From an uncultured Eubacteriales bacterium (GTDB taxonomy: Bacteria > Bacillota > Clostridia > Oscillospirales > Oscillospiraceae), in contig UQXI01000007.1 of the NCBI GenBank assembly GCA_900544975.1, positions 4,285 to 68,284 on the forward strand: DNA of 64,000 nt. Direction: 5' to 3'. A program made the position numbers and the translations under genes. Below, piece by piece: positions 29,503 through 38,300 of the stretch (position 1 is the first letter of the stretch; each line of letters begins with the position of its first letter). Below the pieces are notes generated by a model. That model made no database searches. It was not told the origin of the DNA and saw only the letters and a program-made list of their open reading frames with translations.

Positions 29503-29757
29503 ATGCACGAAATCCTTGCGCTGGCGGTCCCGGTTCTGTTCATTTTTTTATTCATCAAGATACTTCTGACCCCCATGAAGCTGATCTTCAAGCTGCTGCT
29601 CAACACGGGCTGCGGATTCGTCTGCCTGTTCCTGCTGAACCTGCTGTCCGGCTTCACCGGCATTGTCTTTGAGCTGAACTTCATCACCGCCGCCATTGTG
29701 GGCTTTCTGGGCCTGCCCGGCATTGTCCTGCTCCTGGTGGTACAGTTTTTCCTCTGA
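29503..29757 (+). CDS. bofA: Pro-sigmaK processing inhibitor BofA (small integral membrane sporulation protein)
   Basis: 84 aa. The C-terminus LNFITAAIVGFLGLPGIVLLLVVQFF resembles B. subtilis BofA (NLVTTAISGFLGIPGIAALVVIKMF). RBS AGGAGG at 6-nt spacing. The longer annotated ORF starting at 29389 lacks an RBS. Confidence 0.75.
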   Translation: MHEILALAVPVLFIFLFIKILLTPMKLIFKLLLNTGCGFVCLFLLNLLSGFTGIVFELNFITAAIVGFLGLPGIVLLLVVQFFL

Positions 29758-29768
29758 TTCTCGCAATC

Positions 29769-29819
29769 CAGCAGCGTCTCCGGCTTCTCGTCTTGCCGGG
29801 ACGCTGCTGTCTGTTTTGT
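29769..29819 (+). terminator. Intrinsic terminator after bofA (cagcagcgtctccggc...gccgggacgctgctg + tctgttttgt)
   Basis: Long GC-rich hairpin followed by a U-tract. Confidence 0.7.
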
Positions 29820-30044
29820 ATGAGCAACACCCAATCAGGAGACGAAAGGCGGCGCAAGCGGAGCGGTCAAGACCGCTCCCTACGTATACCCGGTGCTCCA
29901 CGGAAAAAAGGATACGCAGTGCTGGACCCACAAAAAACGTTTTTCTTTTCAGAACGGACAACATGTGCTATAATAAAAAAATAGCGGTTATCACCGCCGA
30001 TTGGGGGCACAATCCGGAACCTGCCCCGAAGGGAGCGAACCAAT

Positions 30045-30809
30045 ATGAAAGAACCAAAAGCCATGGCATATGTGAATATGTACGGCGTTCTTGGCGCCCT
30101 GGAAAACCTGTGCAGCCTGGACGACCCTGCCAGGGAAATTCTCAGGGGCCTCAAAAAGCCTGTGAGCCTGTGCTTCCAAGTCAAGGACGGCCCTTGCTGC
30201 ACCTTCCACTTCACCCAGGAGGGCTGCCGCATGACGGAGGGCGACGGAGGCTGCACCTGCAAAATGAATTTTTCCTCCCCGGAAAAATTCAATGCCCTCA
30301 TTGATGAGAACAAGCCGGGCCTGCCTGGGAAGAATCCGGTGCAGCTTCTCCCCTTCCTCCTGGGTCCCTTCACCCAGCTGACGAACCGCCTGACAGAGCT
30401 GCTCCGGCCCTCGGAAGAGGCCCTCCAAGACCGGGCCTTCTTTGAAAAGAGCACCGTCCTCACCATGTATACCATCGCCGGGGCCATTTCCGCCCTGGCC
30501 AACACCGATTCCATCTCCCAAATCTCCGCCAGCTACACCGTAGACGGGGAGATTTCCCTGGGCATCCGGGACGTTGCCCAGGTGACCATATCCGTCCAGG
30601 ACCACCGCTTCACCACCATCAAGGCCCCGGCGGAGCATCCCCGGGCCATTATGGAATTTGCCACCATCGACCTGGCCTACGGCCTCTTCACCGGCCAGGT
30701 CTCCACCATCAACGAAATGTGCAAGGGCACCATCCACCTGCGGGGCATGCTCTCCATGGTGGACAACATCAACCGGATTCTGAACCGGGTGTCCGCATAT
30801 CTGTCTTAG
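30045..30809 (+). CDS. Hypothetical protein (254 aa) with N-terminal Cys cluster (CFQVKDGPCCTFHFTQEGCRMTEGDGGCTCKM)
   Basis: ORF only. No confident family assignment from sequence. The aminotransferase starts 12 nt downstream, so the two are likely co-transcribed. Confidence 0.55.
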   Translation: MKEPKAMAYVNMYGVLGALENLCSLDDPAREILRGLKKPVSLCFQVKDGPCCTFHFTQEGCRMTEGDGGCTCKMNFSSPEKFNALIDENKPGLPGKNPVQLLPFLLGPFTQLTNRLTELLRPSEEALQDRAFFEKSTVLTMYTIAGAISALANTDSISQISASYTVDGEISLGIRDVAQVTISVQDHRFTTIKAPAEHPRAIMEFATIDLAYGLFTGQVSTINEMCKGTIHLRGMLSMVDNINRILNRVSAYLS

Positions 30810-30820
30810 GAGGAGCCGCC

Positions 30821-32095
30821 ATGAGCAAGTACCCTGAATACCAACACACCAAAAGCCGGGCCTGGTTCGACCGGGCGCTTCATGTGATTCCCTCTGGCGT
30901 ATACGGCCACCTGGGGCCCTCGGAAGGTCTGTTTCTGCCTCTGGAGAAGTGGCCCCTTCTGTCCTCCAAAGCCAAGGGGGCCTACTTTTGGGACATGGAC
31001 GGAAATCCCTACCTGGACCTGATGTGCGCCTACGGTCCCAACGTCCTGGGCTACGGCGACCCCGATGTAGACCGGGCCGCTGTGGAGCAGCTGATGACCG
31101 GCAACTGCACCACCGCCCCCTCCTACAAAATGGTGGAGTGCGCCGAGCTGCTGGTGGACACAGTCGCCATGGCCGACTGGGCCTTCTTCATGAAAAACGG
31201 CACCGACGCCACCACCTTCTCCATCCTCACCGCCCGGGCCTTCACCGGGAAGAAGAAGACCATGTTCCTCCGGGGCTACTATCACGGCAACGACCCCTGG
31301 GCCATGAAGGCGGACTACCCCGGGGTCCTGCCGGAGGATGTGGCCAATAACCTTGTGGTCCCCTGGTTCGACCTGCCCGCCATGGAGGCCGCCTATGAGG
31401 CCTGCGGCGGCGATGTGGCCGCCCTCATCGCCCAACCCTATGACCATGGCAACTTTGCCGACAACCGCTGCGCCACCAAAGAGTTCTGGGCCTCGGTCCG
31501 GCAGTTCTGCGACAAGCGGGGCATCGTCCTCATCATCGACGACGTGCGCACCGGCTTCCGGCTGGACCTTCAGGGCTCGGACCACTACTACGGATTCCAG
31601 GCAGACCTCATCTGCTTCTGCAAGGCCCTGGCCAACGGCTACAACATGTCCGCCGTCTGCGGCCGGGAGCATCTGAAGGCCACCGCCTCCTCCATCTCCT
31701 TCACCGGCTCCTACTGGATGAGCGCAGAGCCTTTTGCCGCCTGCATCGCCTGCATCCAGAAGCTGAAGGCCCTGGACGCCCCGGCCCTCTTCCGGCGCAT
31801 GGGGTTGCAGCTCACCCAGGGCTTCCAGGCCGCCGCCAAGGCCCACGGCTTTGACCTAGTGGTCTCCGGCGAACCGGCCCTCTTCTACCTGCGGATCGCC
31901 AACGACGACAGCCTGATGCTCCATCAGGAGTGGGTGGCTGAATGCGTCAGCCGGGGCCTGTTCCTGGCCAGCCACCACAACCACTTCCTGAACGCCGCCA
32001 TCACCGACGAAGACATCGCCCTGGCCATCGACATTGCCAACGACGCCTTCTCCGTGGTAGCCGCCCGGCACCCGGAGCTGGAGCTGAAAAAATAG
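30821..32095 (+). CDS. Class III PLP-dependent aminotransferase (glutamate-1-semialdehyde 2,1-aminomutase-like fold)
   Basis: RBS AGGAGG. Motifs AYFWDMDGNPYLDLMCAYGPNVLGYGDP and IIDDVRTGFRLD are present. The PLP-binding Lys context FCKALANGYNMSAV is present. Confidence 0.8.
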   Translation: MSKYPEYQHTKSRAWFDRALHVIPSGVYGHLGPSEGLFLPLEKWPLLSSKAKGAYFWDMDGNPYLDLMCAYGPNVLGYGDPDVDRAAVEQLMTGNCTTAPSYKMVECAELLVDTVAMADWAFFMKNGTDATTFSILTARAFTGKKKTMFLRGYYHGNDPWAMKADYPGVLPEDVANNLVVPWFDLPAMEAAYEACGGDVAALIAQPYDHGNFADNRCATKEFWASVRQFCDKRGIVLIIDDVRTGFRLDLQGSDHYYGFQADLICFCKALANGYNMSAVCGREHLKATASSISFTGSYWMSAEPFAACIACIQKLKALDAPALFRRMGLQLTQGFQAAAKAHGFDLVVSGEPALFYLRIANDDSLMLHQEWVAECVSRGLFLASHHNHFLNAAITDEDIALAIDIANDAFSVVAARHPELELKK

Positions 32096-32147
32096 CCAAA
32101 CTGCCCTCAAATCCGAAGTACATCGGAATTTGAGGGCAGTTTTTCCA

Positions 32148-33629
32148 TTAAAAGATGATGCAAATCATCCCCGTGGCTCCTTCATTGACCACCCGGGCCA
32201 GGGAGCCCCGGAATTTCACCCGCACATCGTCGGGAATCCGGCGGAGCTTGGTGGTAAGGCCGTCGTTCACCATTTCAAAGACGGACTTGCCGAAAATGTT
32301 GCTCTCCCACAGCTGATCCGGTGCAGTCTGGTACTGCTCAGACAGGCTGTTCACCAGGTCCTGGGACTGCTTCTCATCCCCCACCATGGGGCTGATCTCC
32401 GTGTCCAGGTCCACCCGCAGCATGTGGATGGAGGGCGCGCCGGCCTTCAGCTTCACGCCATAGGCGCTTCCCTTGCGGACAATCTCCGGGGCCTCCAGCT
32501 TCATCTCCCCCCGGGTGGGCATCACCACGCCGTAGCCGGTGGCGCTGGCCTCTTCCAGGGCCGAGGCAATCTTGTCATAGGACCGCTTCACCTGGGCCAG
32601 CTCCGTGAGCAGCTCCATGAGCTCGCCCTCTCCTGTGATGGTAAAGCCGGTCTTGCCGCTGAGGATGTCATAATACAGACTCTCCGGGAACTGGAGCTCA
32701 CAGGCCACCATGCCGCTGCCCAGGTCGATCTCCCGCAGGCGGCAGCCGGCCACATGCTCCACCTCCGTGAGGGTTCCCAGCACCGTCTCCGCCTGGCACA
32801 TCTCCGAAATCTCCCCTGCCCGGCTGGCCAGGGCGTCGTAGAGCACCGCCTTCACCGGATGATCGTACTCCAGGCCGTCCATCCACCGGGGCAGATACAC
32901 CCGCAGCTCCTGCATGGGGAAGGCGTACAGCAGGTCCCGCAGGAGCTCCCCAATCTCCTGGGCGCTCATGGTCTGGCAGTCGGCGCAGAGGGCCTTCACC
33001 TGATAGGTCTCCTGGATCCGGCTGCACAGCTCCCGGGCGGCATTTCCCCGGGGCTCCCGGCTGTTGACCACCACCACAAAGGGCTTGCCGGTGGCCTTCA
33101 TATCCCCAATGGCCCGGTCCTCGGCGGTCAGGTAGTCCTCCCGGGGAATGTCCGTGATGGTGCCGTCGGTGGTCACCACCAGGCCAATGGAGCAGTGATC
33201 CTCCATCACCTTTTTGGTGCCCAGCTCCGCCGCCTCGGTCATGGGGATCTCATGGTCGTACCAGGGGGTGGTCACCATCCGGGGCGCCCCGTCCTCCGTG
33301 GCGCCCACGGCCCCGGCCACCATATAGCCCACTGAGTCAATCATCCGCACCCGGAGCTTCGCCGTCCCGTCGGGGGAGATCTCCACCGCCTCCTCCGGCA
33401 CGAACTTGGGCTCCGACGTCATAATGGTCTTGCCAGAGCCGCTCTGGGGCAGCTCATCCCGGGCCCGCTCCTTCCGGTAGGGGTCGGAGATGTTGGGAAT
33501 CACCAGCTCCTCCATCACCCGCTTGATGAGGGTGGACTTCCCCGTCCGGACCGGGCCCACCACGCCCACATAAATATCTCCGCCGGTTCTGGCTGCAATC
33601 TCTTGATAAATGGATTTTTCCATCGCCAT
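32148..33629 (-). CDS. spoIVA: Stage IV sporulation protein A (spore coat morphogenetic ATPase)
   Basis: The N-terminus MEKSIYQEIAARTGGDIYVGVVGPVRTGKSTLIKRVMEELVIPNI...ELPQSGSGKTIMTSEPKFVP matches B. subtilis SpoIVA nearly motif for motif. Confidence 0.95.
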   Translation of the reverse strand: MAMEKSIYQEIAARTGGDIYVGVVGPVRTGKSTLIKRVMEELVIPNISDPYRKERARDELPQSGSGKTIMTSEPKFVPEEAVEISPDGTAKLRVRMIDSVGYMVAGAVGATEDGAPRMVTTPWYDHEIPMTEAAELGTKKVMEDHCSIGLVVTTDGTITDIPREDYLTAEDRAIGDMKATGKPFVVVVNSREPRGNAARELCSRIQETYQVKALCADCQTMSAQEIGELLRDLLYAFPMQELRVYLPRWMDGLEYDHPVKAVLYDALASRAGEISEMCQAETVLGTLTEVEHVAGCRLREIDLGSGMVACELQFPESLYYDILSGKTGFTITGEGELMELLTELAQVKRSYDKIASALEEASATGYGVVMPTRGEMKLEAPEIVRKGSAYGVKLKAGAPSIHMLRVDLDTEISPMVGDEKQSQDLVNSLSEQYQTAPDQLWESNIFGKSVFEMVNDGLTTKLRRIPDDVRVKFRGSLARVVNEGATGMICIIF

Positions 33630-33843
33630 CCTGCCTCCTTCAGTCTCGGCAGGAGGGCGCTCCTGCCATGGTGTAGTACAGGGTATGTCCGGCAGGGACG
33701 GGTTAGAACCAGGAGCGGCGTGCGCTTTCCCTGGACCGTGGTGAAACCGGGATTTCCCATAATTAGGAATTTCTTCCTTTACAATATTATCAGACTTTGG
33801 TATACTGATAAGAAATCAGTCAGTTCTGAGGGGAGGCAGACGG

Positions 33844-36800
33844 ATGGGTAGAAAAATTACGGATCCGCAGGAAATTGAGGCGTTGTTTCGGCTGTTGAAT
33901 CGAATGGCAGATGGGTATGAGGCGACGGAGAAAGAGGCTGCAGAATTGGAGGAAATCGATGAAATTGGAACCCCCGACTTTATAACGTCCTCTGAATTTT
34001 TTAATGCGGTTAGTATGCGGAGAGAACTAGCGATATCACTACGCGGAGTTGACCAGCTCAAGTGTTTGTGTACTCTGAATTTGTGCTACATATCAGTTAG
34101 CGATCTAAGTGGAACTCATTTCCCTGACAGAATCCAATCTTTGAATCTGAGTAGCACACAAATCACCAGTCTGGACGGTGTCCATTTGTCTGCAGAGCTC
34201 CAGTCGCTGGACCTGAGTGACACACAAATCGCCAGCCTGAAAGACGTCCAGCTGCCTACAGGACTCCAGTCACTGGACCTGAGCGGCACACAAATCACTA
34301 GTCTGGACGGTATCTATTTGCCTGCAAAGCTCCAGTCGCTGAAGCTGAGCAGCACACAAATCACCAGTCTGGACGGCATCCGGCTGCCTGCAGAAATCCA
34401 GTCGCTGAACCTGCGCAGCACACAAATCACCAGTTTGGACAGCATCCAGCTGCCTGCAGGGCTCCAGTCGCTGGACCTAAGTGACACACAAATCACCAGT
34501 CTGGACGGCATCCAGCTGCCTGCAGAGCTTCAGTCGCTGGACCTAAGCGACACACAAATCACCAGTCTGGACGGTGTCCAATTGCCTGCAGGGCTCCAGT
34601 CGCTGAAGCTGCGCGGCACACAAATCACCAGCCTGGACGGCATCCAGCTGCTTGCAGAACTCCACTCGTTGGACCTGAGCGACACACAAATCACCAGTCT
34701 GGACAGTGTCCAATTGCCTGCAGGGCTCCAGTCGCTGAAGCTGCACGGTACACAAATCACCAGCCTGGACGGCATCCAACTGCCTGCGGAACTCCAGTCG
34801 CTGGACCTGAGCGACACACAAATCACTAGTTTGGACGACATCCGGCTGCCTGCAGGGCTCCAGTCGCTGGACCTGAGTGACACACAAATCACTAGCCTGG
34901 AAGACGTCCAGTTGCCGCATCATATCCAGTCCTTGAATCTTTCTGGCCTGTTCCTGTGCCAACTTCCGCCCAAACTTCTATCGCTCAACATTCCATTTGT
35001 ATTTAAATTTAATCCATTATATCCATCATATGGAATCTTGCTAAAAGAAACAATATTAAATATTCAGCCTATCAGTCTCTTCGAACAGCCCCGTGAACTC
35101 ATTGAGAGCTATTACGCAGCACCCAAGGTTTCCATCAGCGAAGCCAAAGTCATCTTCCTGGGCGATGGCGGTGTAGGGAAGAGTTATACCATTCAGAGAA
35201 TCCACAACGATGGATTGCCCGGGAACTATCCTACCGAGACGACGCCTGGCATTGACATTACAGACTTCCCGGTCCGTCAGCCTAATTATAATTTTGACAT
35301 CCACTTTTGGGACTTTGGCGGCCAAGAGATCATGCACGCCATGCACCGGTGCTTCCTGACCAGCCGCACCTGTTACGTGGTGGTCATCTGCAACCGCTAC
35401 CAGGACCTGACCGGACAGGCCCGGTACTGGCTGAACAACGTGGCCAGCTTCGCCAAAGATTCTCCTGTCATCCTGGCTGTGAATCAATGGGACAACATCC
35501 AAACCCGCGACTTGGATCATCGCCGGTTACAACAAGAATTCCCCAACTTAGCAAAGGTCGTTTTTTACTCCGCCAAGGATTCCAATCAAAAAGAATTCCA
35601 AGCGCTCACCAACGCCATTGTTGATCAAGCCCGGCACTTGGACAGCTGCGGCATGGAATTCCCTGTAACATGGGCTGGCATCCGGGAGAAGCTGTTATCT
35701 CTGGCCAAAGAAAACCGAAACTATATTAGCAAGGACGAATATTATCAAATCTGTCAAGAAAACAAGGAGCTGTCTCCGGAAATCTGCGTTTGGCTCCTGG
35801 AGTGGTTCAATGACCTGGGCGTTTGCTTTAGCTACCATCAAAATGCAGAAGACAAAAAGGAGCTGGCGGAATACAAGGTCCTGAATCCTGTCTGGCTCAC
35901 CAACGCCATCTACATCATCATCAACTGCGGACCGCGCCGGGCAACCAACGGCATCATTCACACCCAGGTGATTCTGGATTTGCTGCAAAAGCCGGAAACC
36001 AGTGTTCTTCCTGGCGTCACCTACACCGCCCAAGAGCGGAACTATGTCTTAGAGGTGATGCGGAAATTTCAGCTCTCCTACGCCGTCTCCGAAAGTCAGG
36101 AGTTCATTCCGGCCCTCTGTCCGGACGTCACGCCCAAGGAGTTGCATCCCACCAGCTGGAGAAAGCACGTTGCTTACGAGCTGCAATACACGTACCTGCC
36201 TGACAGCGTGATCCATCAGCTTATGATTCGCTTCTACCATTGCCTCAACATCGGAAAAATTTGGCGAAAAGGTCTGCGAATTGACCCAGACCCGATCAAC
36301 GGCCTAATGGCGGTGGTGGATATGGGCGGCGGGGACTCTATTTTGCGCATTGACGTCTATGCCCAAGCGGATACCCCACCTTGGCCGCTGCTGCATCAAC
36401 TTCGCGATGACATCATCCTCATCAATCAGGCCCTAAACCTGAAGGCAGAGGATTACATTGTCGTACAGAAAAATCGTCATACCGCACGGTTTTCTGTAAC
36501 ATATGTCCTACAGGCGAAGGAACGCGAGTATTCGAAACTACCCTATTCTTCCGAAGGCTGGTTTGAAGAGTACGATATAGCCGACATCCTGGGAACTGCT
36601 TTTGGTCCCGAAAATATTGAAGCTGCAGCCCAGATTCTGCCAAAGTCTGAAAATTTGAGCACTGTCCTATATCAGCCAATCATCCACGTTCATGGCAACC
36701 TCAATTATTATGCAAATTGTCAAGTCTCCAACACGTCTGAATCCGCTGAGCGTCTCCTTCGCGCCGTGCTGGAACACGAAGAGAAATTCAATGAACAGCT

Positions 36801-37053
36801 GACCCAGGAGCTGATTTCTATTTTCCAAGGCCAATCTGCTGACCGGGATGTGCAGCAACTGGGCGCAGAAATGGCGCGGGCCAAAGCCCAGAAAAAGAAG
36901 CCCCTGGCCCGCCTGAGGGATTTTCTTAAGAACAGCGCAGACACCGCCGGAAACCTGCAAAAGCTGGCAACCATTTTGGGTCCCTTCGTGTTAAAGCTGG
37001 TGGAAAAGGCCCCAGAAATCCTGCAATTCTTCCAAGCCGCTCTTTCTCATTGA
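33844..37053 (+). CDS. Bacterial ROCO protein: ~13 tandem 22-aa leucine-rich repeats + Roc (Ras-like GTPase) + COR domain + C-terminal coiled region (1069 aa)
   Basis: The LRR unit is LQSLDLSDTQITSLDGIQLPAE. Roc G-motifs are G1 GDGGVGKS, G2 TTPGID, G3 DFGGQE and an unusual G4 NQWD instead of NKxD. A COR-like region follows (EFPVTWAGIREKL...). Confidence 0.8.
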   Translation: MGRKITDPQEIEALFRLLNRMADGYEATEKEAAELEEIDEIGTPDFITSSEFFNAVSMRRELAISLRGVDQLKCLCTLNLCYISVSDLSGTHFPDRIQSLNLSSTQITSLDGVHLSAELQSLDLSDTQIASLKDVQLPTGLQSLDLSGTQITSLDGIYLPAKLQSLKLSSTQITSLDGIRLPAEIQSLNLRSTQITSLDSIQLPAGLQSLDLSDTQITSLDGIQLPAELQSLDLSDTQITSLDGVQLPAGLQSLKLRGTQITSLDGIQLLAELHSLDLSDTQITSLDSVQLPAGLQSLKLHGTQITSLDGIQLPAELQSLDLSDTQITSLDDIRLPAGLQSLDLSDTQITSLEDVQLPHHIQSLNLSGLFLCQLPPKLLSLNIPFVFKFNPLYPSYGILLKETILNIQPISLFEQPRELIESYYAAPKVSISEAKVIFLGDGGVGKSYTIQRIHNDGLPGNYPTETTPGIDITDFPVRQPNYNFDIHFWDFGGQEIMHAMHRCFLTSRTCYVVVICNRYQDLTGQARYWLNNVASFAKDSPVILAVNQWDNIQTRDLDHRRLQQEFPNLAKVVFYSAKDSNQKEFQALTNAIVDQARHLDSCGMEFPVTWAGIREKLLSLAKENRNYISKDEYYQICQENKELSPEICVWLLEWFNDLGVCFSYHQNAEDKKELAEYKVLNPVWLTNAIYIIINCGPRRATNGIIHTQVILDLLQKPETSVLPGVTYTAQERNYVLEVMRKFQLSYAVSESQEFIPALCPDVTPKELHPTSWRKHVAYELQYTYLPDSVIHQLMIRFYHCLNIGKIWRKGLRIDPDPINGLMAVVDMGGGDSILRIDVYAQADTPPWPLLHQLRDDIILINQALNLKAEDYIVVQKNRHTARFSVTYVLQAKEREYSKLPYSSEGWFEEYDIADILGTAFGPENIEAAAQILPKSENLSTVLYQPIIHVHGNLNYYANCQVSNTSESAERLLRAVLEHEEKFNEQLTQELISIFQGQSADRDVQQLGAEMARAKAQKKKPLARLRDFLKNSADTAGNLQKLATILGPFVLKLVEKAPEILQFFQAALSH
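34130..34940. repeat. Near-identical 66-bp tandem repeats (LRR coding array)
   Basis: Repeating cagtcgctggacctgagcgacacacaaatcaccagtctggacggcatccagctgcctgcagagctc units. They generate spurious minus-strand ORFs at 34116..34962. Confidence 0.85.
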
Positions 37054-37396
37054 GCATTCCCCATTGGGGCATATGGGTATCGCTCAGGAGTGTGCAGCTT
37101 GTCCTTCCACCTGCCCCGTAGGGTGCTCCCGGACGCTACCCGGCAGAAGGGGCTTACCGTGGCGGCCGGTCTGGGCGAGTTCGTACCCGCTTTTGGGGGC
37201 AGGTTCGGATTTGCCCACATGCTGTGGAGTACGGAACATCCTGCCGCAGGTGCGTCCAGGAGGCCGCACCCTACGGCCCTCAGCTTATGGATGTTAAAAA
37301 ATCATGGCATATCCCTGTAGGGGTATACCGTGTGCGTCAGGCTGTAGAAACCTCCGGTTTTTCCGAATTTTGGGTGGGTTTGCAGGTTTTGGAGGC

Positions 37397-37480
37397 GGGC
37401 GCACACTGTGCGCCCCTACAGCGCCCCTACAGCGCCCCTACAGCGCCCCCGTAGCGCCCCCGTAGCGTCCCTGCAGCGTC
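37397..37480. repeat. Hairpin GGGCGCAC-act-GTGCGCCC followed by tandem short repeats (cagcgcccctac x3, agcgcccccgt x2)
   Basis: Seen directly in sequence. The motif is related to the arms (GGGCGGAC..GTCCGCCC-CTACGG) of the 250-bp element. Confidence 0.7.
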
Positions 37481-37594
37481 TGTGCACGATCCTGGCAAAT
37501 TTTCGGGGGTTATTTTCGCTGTATGCATTTCCCCTTCCAGATATGCCTCAGCCCGGAGGCTGCCGTCAGGCATGCTCCCGGGCTGTGTTGGGTT

Positions 37595-38290
37595 TTATTT
37601 GCGGTGTAGCCAGGACATGGTATCCTTGGATAGCTCCATGCCCACCTTTTTCTGCAGGCTCATGGACTTTTCGTTGCCCACGATGACCTGGTCGAAGGGC
37701 ACCCGGCCCTGGGAGAGGTAGCGGTTAATCTGGAAGCTCTCCAGGGCCAGGCCCAGGCCGTGGCCGCGGTATGGGGGGAAGACCTCCAGCATGCCCATGC
37801 TGCCCTCGTGGTGCTCGCCCACGAAGCCGGCCAGGCGGCCGTCTACAAAGGCGCCGAAGATCACGCCGGCCTTCAGGCGGTCTTCCACATACTCCGGGTT
37901 GTGGAACAGGCTGTAGCCGTCCAGCACTGCCTGGAAGTAGCTCATATCCAGGGGCCGCACATCGGCCCGGACGGGCAGGGGCTCTTTCCGGAAATAGGCA
38001 GCCTGATAGCAGCGGCTTTCCTCCTTCAGGCCCAGAGCCGCCGCCACAGCGTCCGAAAGCGCTCCCGCCATCACATTCCAGGTCTGGACCTCTGGAAGCG
38101 TCTCCAGGAGGCTGAGCGCCTCTCCCAGGTTCTCGGCTGCTACCATGGCGATGCCGTCCATCTCCAGGGCCACGCCCTGGCCGCTCTGGGCGGCCACCCG
38201 GGCACGGCCCAGGCGCAGGGGCTCGATCATACTGATGTTCAACACCGGGTCCTTGCCGAGGTAGGCAAGGGCCTGTTCTTTCTCTGTCAT
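37595..38290 (-). CDS. GNAT family N-acetyltransferase
   Basis: Acetyltransferase fold motifs GVIFGAFVDGRLAGFVG...MLEVFPPYRGHGLGLAL (acetyl-CoA-binding Q/RxxGxG/A) are present. Start taken at MTEKEQ (ATG at 38290). Confidence 0.7.
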   Translation of the reverse strand: MTEKEQALAYLGKDPVLNISMIEPLRLGRARVAAQSGQGVALEMDGIAMVAAENLGEALSLLETLPEVQTWNVMAGALSDAVAAALGLKEESRCYQAAYFRKEPLPVRADVRPLDMSYFQAVLDGYSLFHNPEYVEDRLKAGVIFGAFVDGRLAGFVGEHHEGSMGMLEVFPPYRGHGLGLALESFQINRYLSQGRVPFDQVIVGNEKSMSLQKKVGMELSKDTMSWLHRK

Positions 38291-38300
38291 GGGTCCTCTG

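Noticed and set aside
32130-33335. 401-aa plus-strand ORF opposite spoIVA
   Set aside because: Antisense to an unmistakable SpoIVA. The translation is low-complexity.
34116-34962. Minus-strand ORFs (60-139 aa) across the LRR array; also considered as a possible CRISPR array because of regular 66-bp repeats
   Set aside because: The repeats are contiguous with no unique spacers and are in-frame codons of the ROCO LRR domain. The minus-strand ORFs are repeat-generated artefacts.
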